Shown here piece after piece: positions 35,302 through 43,803 of a stretch of DNA of 44,136 bases. The stretch covers positions 2,535 through 46,670 of the forward strand of contig JAADIU010000187.1 of assembly GCA_013151185.1 (NCBI GenBank), given 5' to 3'. Positions within the stretch are counted from its first letter, which is position 1; each line of letters opens with the position of its first letter. Below the pieces are notes generated by a model, which saw only the letters and a program-made list of their open reading frames with translations, did not search any database and was not told where the DNA came from. A program made the translations under genes and the position numbers. This DNA comes from Planctomycetota bacterium (lineage in GTDB: Bacteria > Planctomycetota > Phycisphaerae > UBA1845).

Positions 35302-37992
35302 TTGCGTTTTGAAGCTGCCTGGTGTTGGTTGCTGCTTCCGCCGATTCTGGCGTATCTCGCTTGGTTGTCGCGGCATAGCTATGCTCGGCTGAAACCGTGG
35401 GCACGCTGGACGAGTTTGGGGCTTCGATCCCTTATCGTGCTGGCGCTACTCGCCGTTTTGTCGCGCCCTCATGCTTCCATTTCATCCAAACGCACGCACC
35501 TGATCGTGTGCGTCGATGTATCCAAGAGCATTTCGAAAGCGAACGCTGATGCTGCGTTGGACGAAATCGATCGGTTGCTTCAATCCGCCAACGAGCAGGC
35601 TCCCAAGCCTCGAATCAGCATCATCGCCTTTGGAGGCGGTGCGACCCTGCTAACATCGTCTGATCGAACGTGGAGTGGTTGGACAGATTTGCAGCGTGCC
35701 AAAATAACCCATCAACGGTCGCTTCCACAGCTTCTGACTCGCCGAACCCGGTTGATCTCGTCGGATGACGGGCAAAAGGGCAATGAGCTAAAAGAGCTGA
35801 ACGAGCAGATCAAAGATATAGAGCGTTTTCGTAACACCGTCGTCGGTGACTACACCAACATCGAACAGGCCATGCGTCTGGCTTTGAATTGTGGCTCGAT
35901 CGACGAGCGTCGTACTGTGTATCTGCTGACCGACGCGAACTTCAACCGGGGCGATTTCCGCAGCACGATGAATGAATGCGCAAAGCAAGACGCAATTCTG
36001 AACAGTGTGATCCTCGATCGGCCGGCGCCTGCTGAGGTTGCAGTGACTGCGCTGAACCTCCCCAATTCAGTTCGTGTTGATCAGGGTTTTTCGGCTGAGG
36101 TTCGCATTGAATCCACCGTCGATACATCGGCAGAAATGCGCGTGTTCAAAGACGGATATGAGCAGCAGCGGCGGAGCGTTGCTTTGCGAAAAGGTGAGAA
36201 CCGATTCAAGTTGTCCGGACTGTTTCTGCGCGACAAAGGATTCCATCCCATCGAAGTAACGTTGCACCCGACCGACGACACGCAGATCGACAACAACACG
36301 ATTCGAGAACTCGTCGTCGTTCCTGGAGAGGCGCGTGTCTTGTACGTAGATTCAGATATCGAGCAGATTCACTATCTCAAGACGGCGCTTGAGCTTGAGG
36401 GCATTCGGGTGGAAGCGCGCTCTGCGGCTGGCGTCCCGGAAGACCTTTCCGATTTGCTCAGTTTTGATGCGTTAATCCTCAGCAACGTACCAGCCGATCA
36501 CCTGTCCATGCGGCAAATGAAAATGATCCGCTCGTACGTGCAGGAATTCGGTGGCGGCTTTCTTATGCTCGGTGGAGACGAGAGTTTCGGACTGGGTGGT
36601 TACTACAATACGCCCATCGAGGAAATCCTTCCGGTGAGCATGCCGATTCAAAAAGACCTGTTGCGCCCGTCGCTCGGGCTGTTTCTGGTCATCGACAAAT
36701 CCGGAAGCATGAACGGCGTCAAGATTCAATTGGCCAAACGGGCGGCGATCGCCACATCGGAGGCGATCAACCCCCGCGACTTGATCGGCGTGATTGGATT
36801 CGACGGGGAATCACGCGTACTTCTTGAACTAACCGCAGCCGCAGATCGCGCGACGATCACATCGCATGTCAACATGCTCGAGGCGGGCGGTGGTACGTTT
36901 CTTTACCCGGCACTCGATGACGCCCATCGCCGCCTAATGGAAAGCAATGCACGACGACGCCACGTCATTGTGCTTTCCGATGGTCAGACGCAGGGCTATG
37001 GATATGAGGACCTTGCGTCTTTGATGTCTGCCGACGGCATCACCACGTCGACCGTCGGGATCGGCGAGGGGGCTGACATGCGCTTGATGGAATCGATCGC
37101 CTCCGCCGGAGGAGGCAGGGCATATTTCACCAATGATTTTCACACGATTCCGCAGATCTTCACGCGCGAAGCCTTGCGCGCTTCAAAGAGCATGTTGGTC
37201 GAAAGGCTGGTCGTCCCGATCGCCGTTGGTCAGGACTCGGCGATTGAAGGAATCGATACCGAAGAACTCCCAGTGCTTACGGGTTATGTTGCCACCACAC
37301 CAAAGCCCTCTGCAAACCTGATATTGACGTCCGAATCGGGCGATCCGCTCCTTGCCAAGTGGCGGTACGGTCTGGGCCGAACCGTCGCGTTCACGTCTGA
37401 ACCCAAACCGCGTTGGGCCGAAGACTGGTTGGATTGGGAGTACTATGCCCAATTCTGGAGCCAACTCGTGCGCAGTGTGACCGGCGAAGATCTCGCGCGC
37501 GATACATTCCTACAAAGCGCCCACCAGTTTACAGACGATGGGGTGAAGCTAACGCTGGACCTCCGAAGCGCGACTGGCGAATACGTCAATGACGCTGAAG
37601 TCAAACTCAGCAGGGTGGTTGCCGGCCAGGGCGTTGTCGAGTTGCCCGTAAGACAGCGTGCAGCGGGCCTGTTTGATGCCGACGTGGGTGAACTGCGATT
37701 TGGAACGGATCAGCAGTTCGTTTGGAAGGTAAAACGCGAGGGGGAAGAGGAACAAACCGCTGCCTACGGGTATGTCAAATCGTACTCGCCCGAGCACGCT
37801 ACGCTCATGCCATCCGAAGAAACGATCGAAGAATTGCGCCGCGCCAACTTGGGCAATGTCGTTTCCGTTGGACACGCCAAACTAAATGTTGTTGCAGATC
37901 CGGTTCGCAATTGGGTCGCGTTGGCTCCAGTGTTGTTGATCGTGGCGCTCCTCTTGACGCCCATCGACATTCTGATTCGCCGCATCGGGTAG
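35302..37992 (+). CDS. Membrane protein with two VWA domains flanking a class-I glutamine-amidotransferase-like (DUF1355-type) domain
   Basis: 896 aa, with a TTG start 3 nt after the preceding stop. N-terminal TM helices are present. MIDAS motifs are VCVDVSKSIS and LVIDKSGSM. The segment VLYVDSD..FDALILSNVP..FGGGFLMLGG is GATase-like. A C-terminal TM segment follows. Confidence 0.85.
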   Translation: MRFEAAWCWLLLPPILAYLAWLSRHSYARLKPWARWTSLGLRSLIVLALLAVLSRPHASISSKRTHLIVCVDVSKSISKANADAALDEIDRLLQSANEQAPKPRISIIAFGGGATLLTSSDRTWSGWTDLQRAKITHQRSLPQLLTRRTRLISSDDGQKGNELKELNEQIKDIERFRNTVVGDYTNIEQAMRLALNCGSIDERRTVYLLTDANFNRGDFRSTMNECAKQDAILNSVILDRPAPAEVAVTALNLPNSVRVDQGFSAEVRIESTVDTSAEMRVFKDGYEQQRRSVALRKGENRFKLSGLFLRDKGFHPIEVTLHPTDDTQIDNNTIRELVVVPGEARVLYVDSDIEQIHYLKTALELEGIRVEARSAAGVPEDLSDLLSFDALILSNVPADHLSMRQMKMIRSYVQEFGGGFLMLGGDESFGLGGYYNTPIEEILPVSMPIQKDLLRPSLGLFLVIDKSGSMNGVKIQLAKRAAIATSEAINPRDLIGVIGFDGESRVLLELTAAADRATITSHVNMLEAGGGTFLYPALDDAHRRLMESNARRRHVIVLSDGQTQGYGYEDLASLMSADGITTSTVGIGEGADMRLMESIASAGGGRAYFTNDFHTIPQIFTREALRASKSMLVERLVVPIAVGQDSAIEGIDTEELPVLTGYVATTPKPSANLILTSESGDPLLAKWRYGLGRTVAFTSEPKPRWAEDWLDWEYYAQFWSQLVRSVTGEDLARDTFLQSAHQFTDDGVKLTLDLRSATGEYVNDAEVKLSRVVAGQGVVELPVRQRAAGLFDADVGELRFGTDQQFVWKVKREGEEEQTAAYGYVKSYSPEHATLMPSEETIEELRRANLGNVVSVGHAKLNVVADPVRNWVALAPVLLIVALLLTPIDILIRRIG

Positions 37993-38426
37993 ATGCAAAT
38001 GAGAAGCAGCGCCCGACCGCGTGCCTTTTGCGTCATCAGCGTCGCGATGGATTTGCGAGCGTCGCGCAAGACAAGTGCCCGTCCAACAAAGCCGTCAAGC
38101 ATTCATCCTGGAAAGGCACAGTTTTCTTCGTGTTCCGAGGCATACATGACAATGTACGCGTCGGGATGCGATAGGCGTTCACCCCTCTCGCGGCTCCAAA
38201 ATGCAGAATCTCCGCTGCTTACCGCGTCTGCATGTTCGCGGAGCTGGTCAGTCCGCTGATGATCCTGATTGCAAATCGCGGATTTCGGCGGAGCGTTCGC
38301 ATTCCGGCTGGCCAACGATCGAGACGACAGATGTGCCTTTGTCCGGCACTGGACTTGGACGTCGAGAGAATTGGCCCTGGAGACTTCCAGCAGGTCCGAA
38401 TTGCTCACGAAGGTCGATTTTACTAA

Positions 38427-38513
38427 CGGAGAGGGAGGGATTCGAACCCCCGCTACGGTCACCCGTAGACCGCATTTCGAATGCGGCGCCTTCAGCCACT
38501 CGGCCACCTCTCC
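38427..38513 (-). tRNA. tRNA-Ser (anticodon CGA), class II with a long variable arm; CCA not encoded
   Basis: The minus-strand sequence is GGAGAGG TG GCC GAGTGGCTGAA GGC G CCGCA TTCGAAA TGCGG T CTACGG GTGA CCGTAG C GGGGG TTCGAAT CCCTC CCTCTCC G. All stems pair, with one G-U in the T stem. The T-loop is GTTCGAATC and the length is 87 nt. Confidence 0.92.
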
Positions 38514-38845
38514 ATATCTGGGTGCGACCACCGCGGCAGTAACATTCAGTCTCTCTGCCGGTCGGCTTGGGATCTTTTGGAAGATCGCGCACCCTCGATT
38601 GCTTGGGTGGGCGAGTTTACTATTGTGACCTGCTTGCGGCAAGGGAGTTGCATCTGCGCTCGCGTGGCTGTTTCTCAGCGCAGCCGAAGCCGACTCAGGA
38701 TGCTCAACTTGGCACGCTGCGATGCGGGATCGAGAGTATGCTGAAGACAAGCCGGGGTGTTCCAACGCGGTAACAACGCGATATAGAGCGTGAGCAATTC
38801 ACCGTGCTGCTATCCGGCCCCGGCCTGTTTTGGGCGGCGACTTGG

Positions 38846-39151
38846 TTACTTGGTCACGATTTCATAGAGACCTTGCCCGACATACTTGAGGCGGCCTTTG
38901 CGGACCAGTTCGTCCCAGATGGCCTTCGGATATTGATGCGGTGGAGAAATGGAGACGATACCGGACTGGCCGCCACCCGTCATCGCACCCCGCCCAAGCG
39001 CCGACTCTGCATCGAGTCGCGAAAGCTTCAGCCGTTTCTTGAACGCCTTCATCGCCCTGCGCAGTTCTTCCCCCGACGGGCCGTCAACGGGGGCCCCACT
39101 TTGTTCCGACGGTGAGCCCGAATCGTCTGACGGCAAAGATCCCGAAGTCAT
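38846..39151 (-). CDS. Small hypothetical protein (101 aa) downstream of the helicase
   Basis: ORF lies 127 nt downstream of rhlE-like on the same strand. It has a disordered S/G/P/D N-terminus and a structured-looking C-terminus (EELRRAMKAFKKRLKLSRLDAE..YPKAIWDELVRKGRLKYVGQGLYEIV). No family was recognised. Confidence 0.5.
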   Translation of the reverse strand: MTSGSLPSDDSGSPSEQSGAPVDGPSGEELRRAMKAFKKRLKLSRLDAESALGRGAMTGGGQSGIVSISPPHQYPKAIWDELVRKGRLKYVGQGLYEIVTK

Positions 39152-39278
39152 GGTGCAGCCTCCATCTTCGTGTGTCGGCGCGATTACCCAAAATCATCCC
39201 ACCCGTCACGGCATCATACTCGATGCGCTCCGGATATGGACGAATTGGGGAGGACCGACAACGAGAGGACCAGCCGGC

Positions 39279-40664
39279 TTATGTGGCTACCGATCGAGCA
39301 GAGCCTTCTCGCATTGACGGCCCTGAACGACTGCGACGCGGTCGACGACGTCCGCCCTGCTTGGGAGTGAAACGGTGACGGGTCCTGCTCTTGTCTGCGT
39401 TGCTGATCTTGCGCGAACCTGTTCCCGCGGCGCGTTTGGGTTTTACCACCGGCATCTCAGGAGCAACATACCCTGGAAGACTCTCTGCGGGTTTCAATTC
39501 CGTGTGAATCAGGCGTTCAATGTCGCGAACGCTATCGTGATCTTCGAGGCTCACGAATGACAACGCCATCCCCGACGCCCCGGCGCGGGCGGTTCTACCG
39601 ATGCGGTGAACGTAAGTCTCAGGTTCGGTGGTCAGGTCATAGTTGATGACGTGGGATATGCCATCGACATCGAGTCCACGGGCAGCAATATCCGTCGCAA
39701 CGAGTACGCCGATCTTGCCCGACCGAAAATTTTCAAGCGCACGCGTGCGTGCATTCTGACTCTTGTTTCCGTGAATTGCCGTGGCTGCAATTCCGCTACG
39801 ACTTAAATGGCGAACAACTTTGTCGGCTCCGTGCTTGGTGCGTGTGAAAACCAAAGCCCGCGAATAAGCCGTGTTCTCCAACACACTGCACAAGAGCGCC
39901 TGTTTTTGTTGCTTCTCAACATAGTAAGCCCGATGCTCAACATTCTCTGCCGGCGCCGACACCCGCGCGACTTCGACCGACACCGGGTTCGCCAAAATGT
40001 CTTTGGCAAGATGCCGAATCGGAGGCGGCATGGTTGCAGAAAGCAACAACGTCTGTCGCCGCTTTGGAATTTGGTTCAGAATTCGCCGAATGTCTGGCAG
40101 AAAACCCATGTCCAACATGCGGTCGGCTTCATCGAGCACCAACGTCTCGACCGAGTCAAGCCGAATGTCACCTTCTGACATGTGATCCAACAGACGACCC
40201 GGTGTCGCGACCAGAATATCAACGCCACCGCGCAGCGCCCGAAGCTGAGCGTTCTTGTTGACCCCTCCAAAAACAACGGTGTGCTTCAACCCGCTCGATT
40301 TCCCGTAGGTCGCAAAGCTATCCGCAATCTGCTGAGCCAATTCGCGAGTTGGTGCCAACACCAAAGCACGAATGTTTCGTGGCTGGGCGTTTTGCGTGCG
40401 CGACCGTCGAGCATTGCTTCCCTTTGACGGTCCTCTTGACGGTCGGGCATCCGTTGATGGCGTACTGTTGCTCAATCTTTGCAGGATCGGCAGCGCAAAG
40501 GCAGCCGTCTTGCCCGTACCCGTTTGAGCACACCCGAGGACATCGCGTCCTTCGAGAATGAGGGGAATGACCCGGGCCTGAATGGGCGTCGGGGTCTCGT
40601 AACCAGCGGTATGAACCGCATCCAGAAGCGGCTTACTAAGCCGCAAATCTTCAAATTTCATCAA
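39279..40664 (-). CDS. rhlE: DEAD-box ATP-dependent RNA helicase, RhlE-like
   Basis: 461 aa. The track start is TTG 40664 and an ATG lies at 40661. Motifs are Q (TPTPIQ), I (AQTGTGKT), Ia (PTRELA), II (DEAD), III (SAT) and VI ([10 protein letters not shown]). The C-terminal tail is basic. The linker between motifs I and Ia is about 20 aa longer (S/R/P-rich) than in E. coli RhlE as I recall it. Confidence 0.93.
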   Translation of the reverse strand: MMKFEDLRLSKPLLDAVHTAGYETPTPIQARVIPLILEGRDVLGCAQTGTGKTAAFALPILQRLSNSTPSTDARPSRGPSKGSNARRSRTQNAQPRNIRALVLAPTRELAQQIADSFATYGKSSGLKHTVVFGGVNKNAQLRALRGGVDILVATPGRLLDHMSEGDIRLDSVETLVLDEADRMLDMGFLPDIRRILNQIPKRRQTLLLSATMPPPIRHLAKDILANPVSVEVARVSAPAENVEHRAYYVEKQQKQALLCSVLENTAYSRALVFTRTKHGADKVVRHLSRSGIAATAIHGNKSQNARTRALENFRSGKIGVLVATDIAARGLDVDGISHVINYDLTTEPETYVHRIGRTARAGASGMALSFVSLEDHDSVRDIERLIHTELKPAESLPGYVAPEMPVVKPKRAAGTGSRKISNADKSRTRHRFTPKQGGRRRPRRSRSGPSMREGSARSVAT

Positions 40665-40918
40665 AACATACTTCCTGAGACTAAGAGTTATTTACTGAGA
40701 TTTCTGTAAGGAGGGGACGCATTAAGCGCGAGGTGAAAATGCCAAGGCCAGCGATGCCAAGCGTGAAAGTCTCTCTATCATTGCCCCGGAAAGCTTGGCT
40801 GCGTAAACCATACCGGGCGTTTCACCCATTGTCAAATCTTCGGCAACAAAGACGGAACACCTTTCCATGGCTCGACTTACGATTTCACCCGGTAAAACGA
40901 AAAACCGGGCTTTCTACC

Positions 40919-42412
40919 TCAACCCTTCGACAATTCCGCCAGTACGGCTTTGAGGTATCTCCAAATTTTTTCGACTGATGCGACCCACACCTGCTCGTCG
41001 GGGCTGTGTGCGCCTTCGATTCTTGGCCCGAACGATATCGTATCCATCTTTCCCACGCGCTCGCCGATGATGCCGCATTCCAAACCGGCATGGATTGCCG
41101 CCACGGTGGGCTCAGCGCCAAATAGGTCGCGGTAGACTCGCGAACAGGTCGTCAGCAGCGACGAATCCGGGTTCGGCTCCCAGCCGGGGTAATCGTTTTC
41201 GTGCTGAACGTCAGCCCCCGAAAGGATGCCCACGTTCGCGATCTGGTCGAGGGCTTCCTGCTTGCGAGAATCGGACGAACTCCGTGTGAGCATTCCAACC
41301 TCGACGCAAAGACCACTGTCGCCAATACTCGAAACGATGGTCGAAAGGTTGTTCGACGTTTGAACCAACAGCGGAATCTGAGGGTGCATGCCCATCACGC
41401 CATGTGGGATAGCCATCAACCCAGACAGCAATCGAGAAGTGTCAGACCGTGACACAACTTGATCGCACTCACCGGCATCTGCCTTTACAACGTCGATGCG
41501 AATATCATCCTCGAACGATTCCCCAATCGCCTCCGCCGCAACGCAAGCCGCAGCATCAGCCAGCGCTTTGTGCGTACCAATTGGCCCGCACACGATCGCC
41601 GAGGCTTCCCGCGCGATGGCGTTTCGCTTGCTGCCACCGTTGATAGCCGCTATCTGAATGTCTTCCGCCCGCAGAAGCGTCCGCACAATCAATCGGTTCG
41701 CAGACGCCCGTCCTTCGTGAACATCACCACCAGAATGCCCACCGCGCAATCCGGACACCGACACGCGGCAACACTCTGCGCCCGCATCTGCCGCAACCAT
41801 CGGCAAGTTCCACGTCAGGTTCGTATCGCGTCCACCCGCGCATCCGATGTAAACCGCGTCATCCTCTTCGGAGTCAAGGTTGATGAGCCTGCGACCCTTG
41901 AATGAATCCGGAGTCAGGGCTTTCGCACCGGTCATTCCCTCTTCCTCATCGCAGGTAAACAGCAATTCGAGCGGGCCGTGCACCACATTCGGATCGCTGC
42001 AAGCCGCCAGCGCCAAAGCGACACCCATACCGTTGTCCGCGCCCAACGTCGTTCCCTCTGCGCGGACGATGACTTCCCCCTGCGAATTTTTGTCGATGAC
42101 CGTGCGAATCGGGTCGCGATTAAAATCCTGATCGATGCCCGCGTTCTTCTCGCAAACCATGTCCAGGTGGCCTTGCAACACGGTAATGGGCGCGCCCTCG
42201 CAACCAACAGATGCCGGCACCGCAATCACAATGTTGCCAGCCCCATCACGTTTGGCCGAAAATCCGAGATCCTCGGCAACCTTCAAAATGTGCTGCTGAA
42301 TGCGTTCCTCATTCTTGGAAGGCCGAGGGACTGACGTCAGCCCGGCAAAAAAGCCCCAGACTGATTTCGGTTCCAAACTCGACAGATCCGCCGAAGCGTG
42401 TTGTGCGGCCAT
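40919..42412 (-). CDS. pepD: Aminoacyl-histidine (Xaa-His) dipeptidase, M20C family
   Basis: 497 aa. Typical PepD segments are LEPKSVWGFFAGLTSVPRPSKNEERI, ITVLQGHLDMVCEKN, TTLGADNGMGVA, LFTCDEEEGMTGA, LINLDSEEDD and IHAGLECGII. Confidence 0.92.
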   Translation of the reverse strand: MAAQHASADLSSLEPKSVWGFFAGLTSVPRPSKNEERIQQHILKVAEDLGFSAKRDGAGNIVIAVPASVGCEGAPITVLQGHLDMVCEKNAGIDQDFNRDPIRTVIDKNSQGEVIVRAEGTTLGADNGMGVALALAACSDPNVVHGPLELLFTCDEEEGMTGAKALTPDSFKGRRLINLDSEEDDAVYIGCAGGRDTNLTWNLPMVAADAGAECCRVSVSGLRGGHSGGDVHEGRASANRLIVRTLLRAEDIQIAAINGGSKRNAIAREASAIVCGPIGTHKALADAAACVAAEAIGESFEDDIRIDVVKADAGECDQVVSRSDTSRLLSGLMAIPHGVMGMHPQIPLLVQTSNNLSTIVSSIGDSGLCVEVGMLTRSSSDSRKQEALDQIANVGILSGADVQHENDYPGWEPNPDSSLLTTCSRVYRDLFGAEPTVAAIHAGLECGIIGERVGKMDTISFGPRIEGAHSPDEQVWVASVEKIWRYLKAVLAELSKG

Positions 42413-42449
42413 TGGGTTCGCTCTCCATGCGAGGTTTATGACATGCCGA

Positions 42450-42475
42450 TTTGCGATTGATCACCGAATCGCAAA
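42450..42475. promoter_or_regulatory. 9-bp perfect inverted repeat TTTGCGATT-N8-AATCGCAAA upstream of pepD
   Basis: Read directly from the sequence. It lies 38-63 nt upstream of the pepD start (minus strand). It could be an operator or a 5'-UTR hairpin. Confidence 0.3.
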
Positions 42476-42482
42476 GGCAGAT

Positions 42483-42517
42483 TGTAAGGAACGGACTGTA
42501 AGGCCCCAATTGTAAAG
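42483..42517. promoter_or_regulatory. Three direct repeats TGTAAGG / TGTAAGG / TGTAAAG with exact 14-nt phasing, upstream of pepD
   Basis: Repeat units start at 42483, 42497 and 42511 (plus-strand reading). They lie between the lipoprotein stop and the pepD start. Confidence 0.3.
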
Positions 42518-42617
42518 CATGGACGGGGGATTGCCACGGTCGGGCGAACCCATCAACCGGCAAGCAATTGCAGCCGCTCTCTGTGGGAAATTTAACCGTG
42601 TATGCGGCGGGAGAAAC

Positions 42618-43397
42618 TCAGCGCGTCGATGCGACGGAGGCTTTTCTTCGTGGCGGTGACGATTCGACACCCTCACCATCGAGAATGTGTTTCGCAATTT
42701 CGTAGCGGACGAACCGCGAATTGGTGCAATCGGTGTGGGCACCCGCCCAACCCAAACGAATCCAACTGCGATTCCAGGGCGTATTGACCACCCGGTCCGA
42801 TAGCCCGCGCGGCGGTTTCAACCCAACCGCACCGATCGAACTGACGCCCCGCTTACCATCGATCGTCCCCACGATTTTAACCGTTTCCAGAACCTCATCG
42901 TAAGGCGAATGGTAAACGTAAATCTTACCGTCCATGTTCCGCAGTGCTGCCGTCATGTCGTAATCATGCGACAACGACGAGCCCAACAAGATCAGATTGT
43001 TGATCCGTGCGCCGCCCTCGAGGTTCTCAATCGCCCACGTCGCGACACCCGTGCCTGCGGACAACGCAATCATGTTGATGTTTCGATCCGGAAAGCGGCG
43101 ATGGTATCCTTCGATTTTTCGTGCAAGCAACGACGCCCGAAGCCGAGCCCCCGGAATGTTGAGTTGATCCACAAGCGGGTTGAACGACATCGTCCAAACA
43201 TACAGCTCAACGTCGCCATGATACCCCGCCTGCTCCAAACCAGCCGGCACATCGGACGCACCGAAGCCCCAGTTCCCCGCACCGTCCAGATAATACGTCT
43301 TGCCAAACGGCTCAGCCGCCCCGCGCTTTTGGCAGCCGCCCATCAGCCCAAGACCGAGGGCAAGAATAAGTGTGATCTGTAATCGCATTCGGATCAT
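42618..43397 (-). CDS. Lipoprotein with an alpha/beta-hydrolase-like nucleophile elbow
   Basis: 259 aa. The signal peptide has a lipobox-like LMGGC (MIRMRLQITLILALGLGLMGGC). The A-L-S-A-G elbow is in INMIALSAGTGVATW. Candidate acid and base residues are in YHSPYDEVL and GAHTD. No precise family could be assigned. Confidence 0.7.
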   Translation of the reverse strand: MIRMRLQITLILALGLGLMGGCQKRGAAEPFGKTYYLDGAGNWGFGASDVPAGLEQAGYHGDVELYVWTMSFNPLVDQLNIPGARLRASLLARKIEGYHRRFPDRNINMIALSAGTGVATWAIENLEGGARINNLILLGSSLSHDYDMTAALRNMDGKIYVYHSPYDEVLETVKIVGTIDGKRGVSSIGAVGLKPPRGLSDRVVNTPWNRSWIRLGWAGAHTDCTNSRFVRYEIAKHILDGEGVESSPPRRKASVASTR

Positions 43398-43656
43398 TTC
43401 ACCGCGAAGGGAGATGTACGTTAACCACCGTTGGACCGCAGACGTAGTGTAAACGCCGCCCTGACAGGGTCAAGATCGGCACGCGAATCGCACGACTTGT
43501 GCGGCTATCGAGGTTGGAAAGAACCAACGCCCCCGTTTGACCCTCGCCCGCGCGCTCCATACGATGGCCCCATAATCTAGTGGTGTGAAGCAAAAAGATC
43601 GGGCATTATCTTCACCTGAACGCTTCTCGTCGTTACTGTCGCGTTCGAGGTTTCTG

Positions 43657-43729
43657 GTAGGGTCCGCTGTGCGGACCGTCGCGGGGACAATGTTCGATAT
43701 TGAAAAATGGTCCGCACAGCGGACCCTAC
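43657..43729. repeat. Hairpin-pair palindromic element: GTAGGGTCCGCTGTGCGGACC, a 31-nt spacer, then GGTCCGCACAGCGGACCCTAC
   Basis: The 21-nt arms are perfect reverse complements (43657-43677 and 43709-43729). Each arm is itself a 7-bp hairpin (GGTCCGC-NNN-GCGGACC). The element lies in the 406-nt divergent spacer between the lipoprotein gene and trpF. Confidence 0.9.
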
Positions 43730-43803
43730 ATCGTTGAATAAAGTCCCAACAGGTTGAATCACACCACTTGGAAATACCTGCAAGCTTCGACAACAGCGGA
43801 AAC

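Noticed and set aside
38103-38765. 220-aa minus-strand ORF, together with overlapping ORFs at 38201..38542, 38248..38592 and 38269..38628
   Set aside because: These ORFs run straight through the well-folded tRNA-Ser gene (38427..38513). Their products are low-complexity and R/S/A-rich, so they are most likely spurious.
38816-38831. Terminator-like GGCCCCGGCC followed by TGTTTT
   Set aside because: The stem is only 4 bp with a 2-nt loop. The T-run is on the plus strand, where no gene ends nearby. On the minus strand, downstream of 38846..39151, there is no U-tract.
37993-38845. tRNA-Ser as an integration site for a genomic island
   Set aside because: No integrase, no direct repeat of the tRNA 3' end and no obviously foreign genes flank it. 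The only flanking DNA is ~430 and ~330 nt of noncoding sequence.
40704-40711. CTGTAAGG upstream of the helicase gene as a fourth copy of the pepD-upstream repeat
   Set aside because: A single 8-mer match is expected about once by chance in 44 kb on two strands. There is no phased partner nearby.
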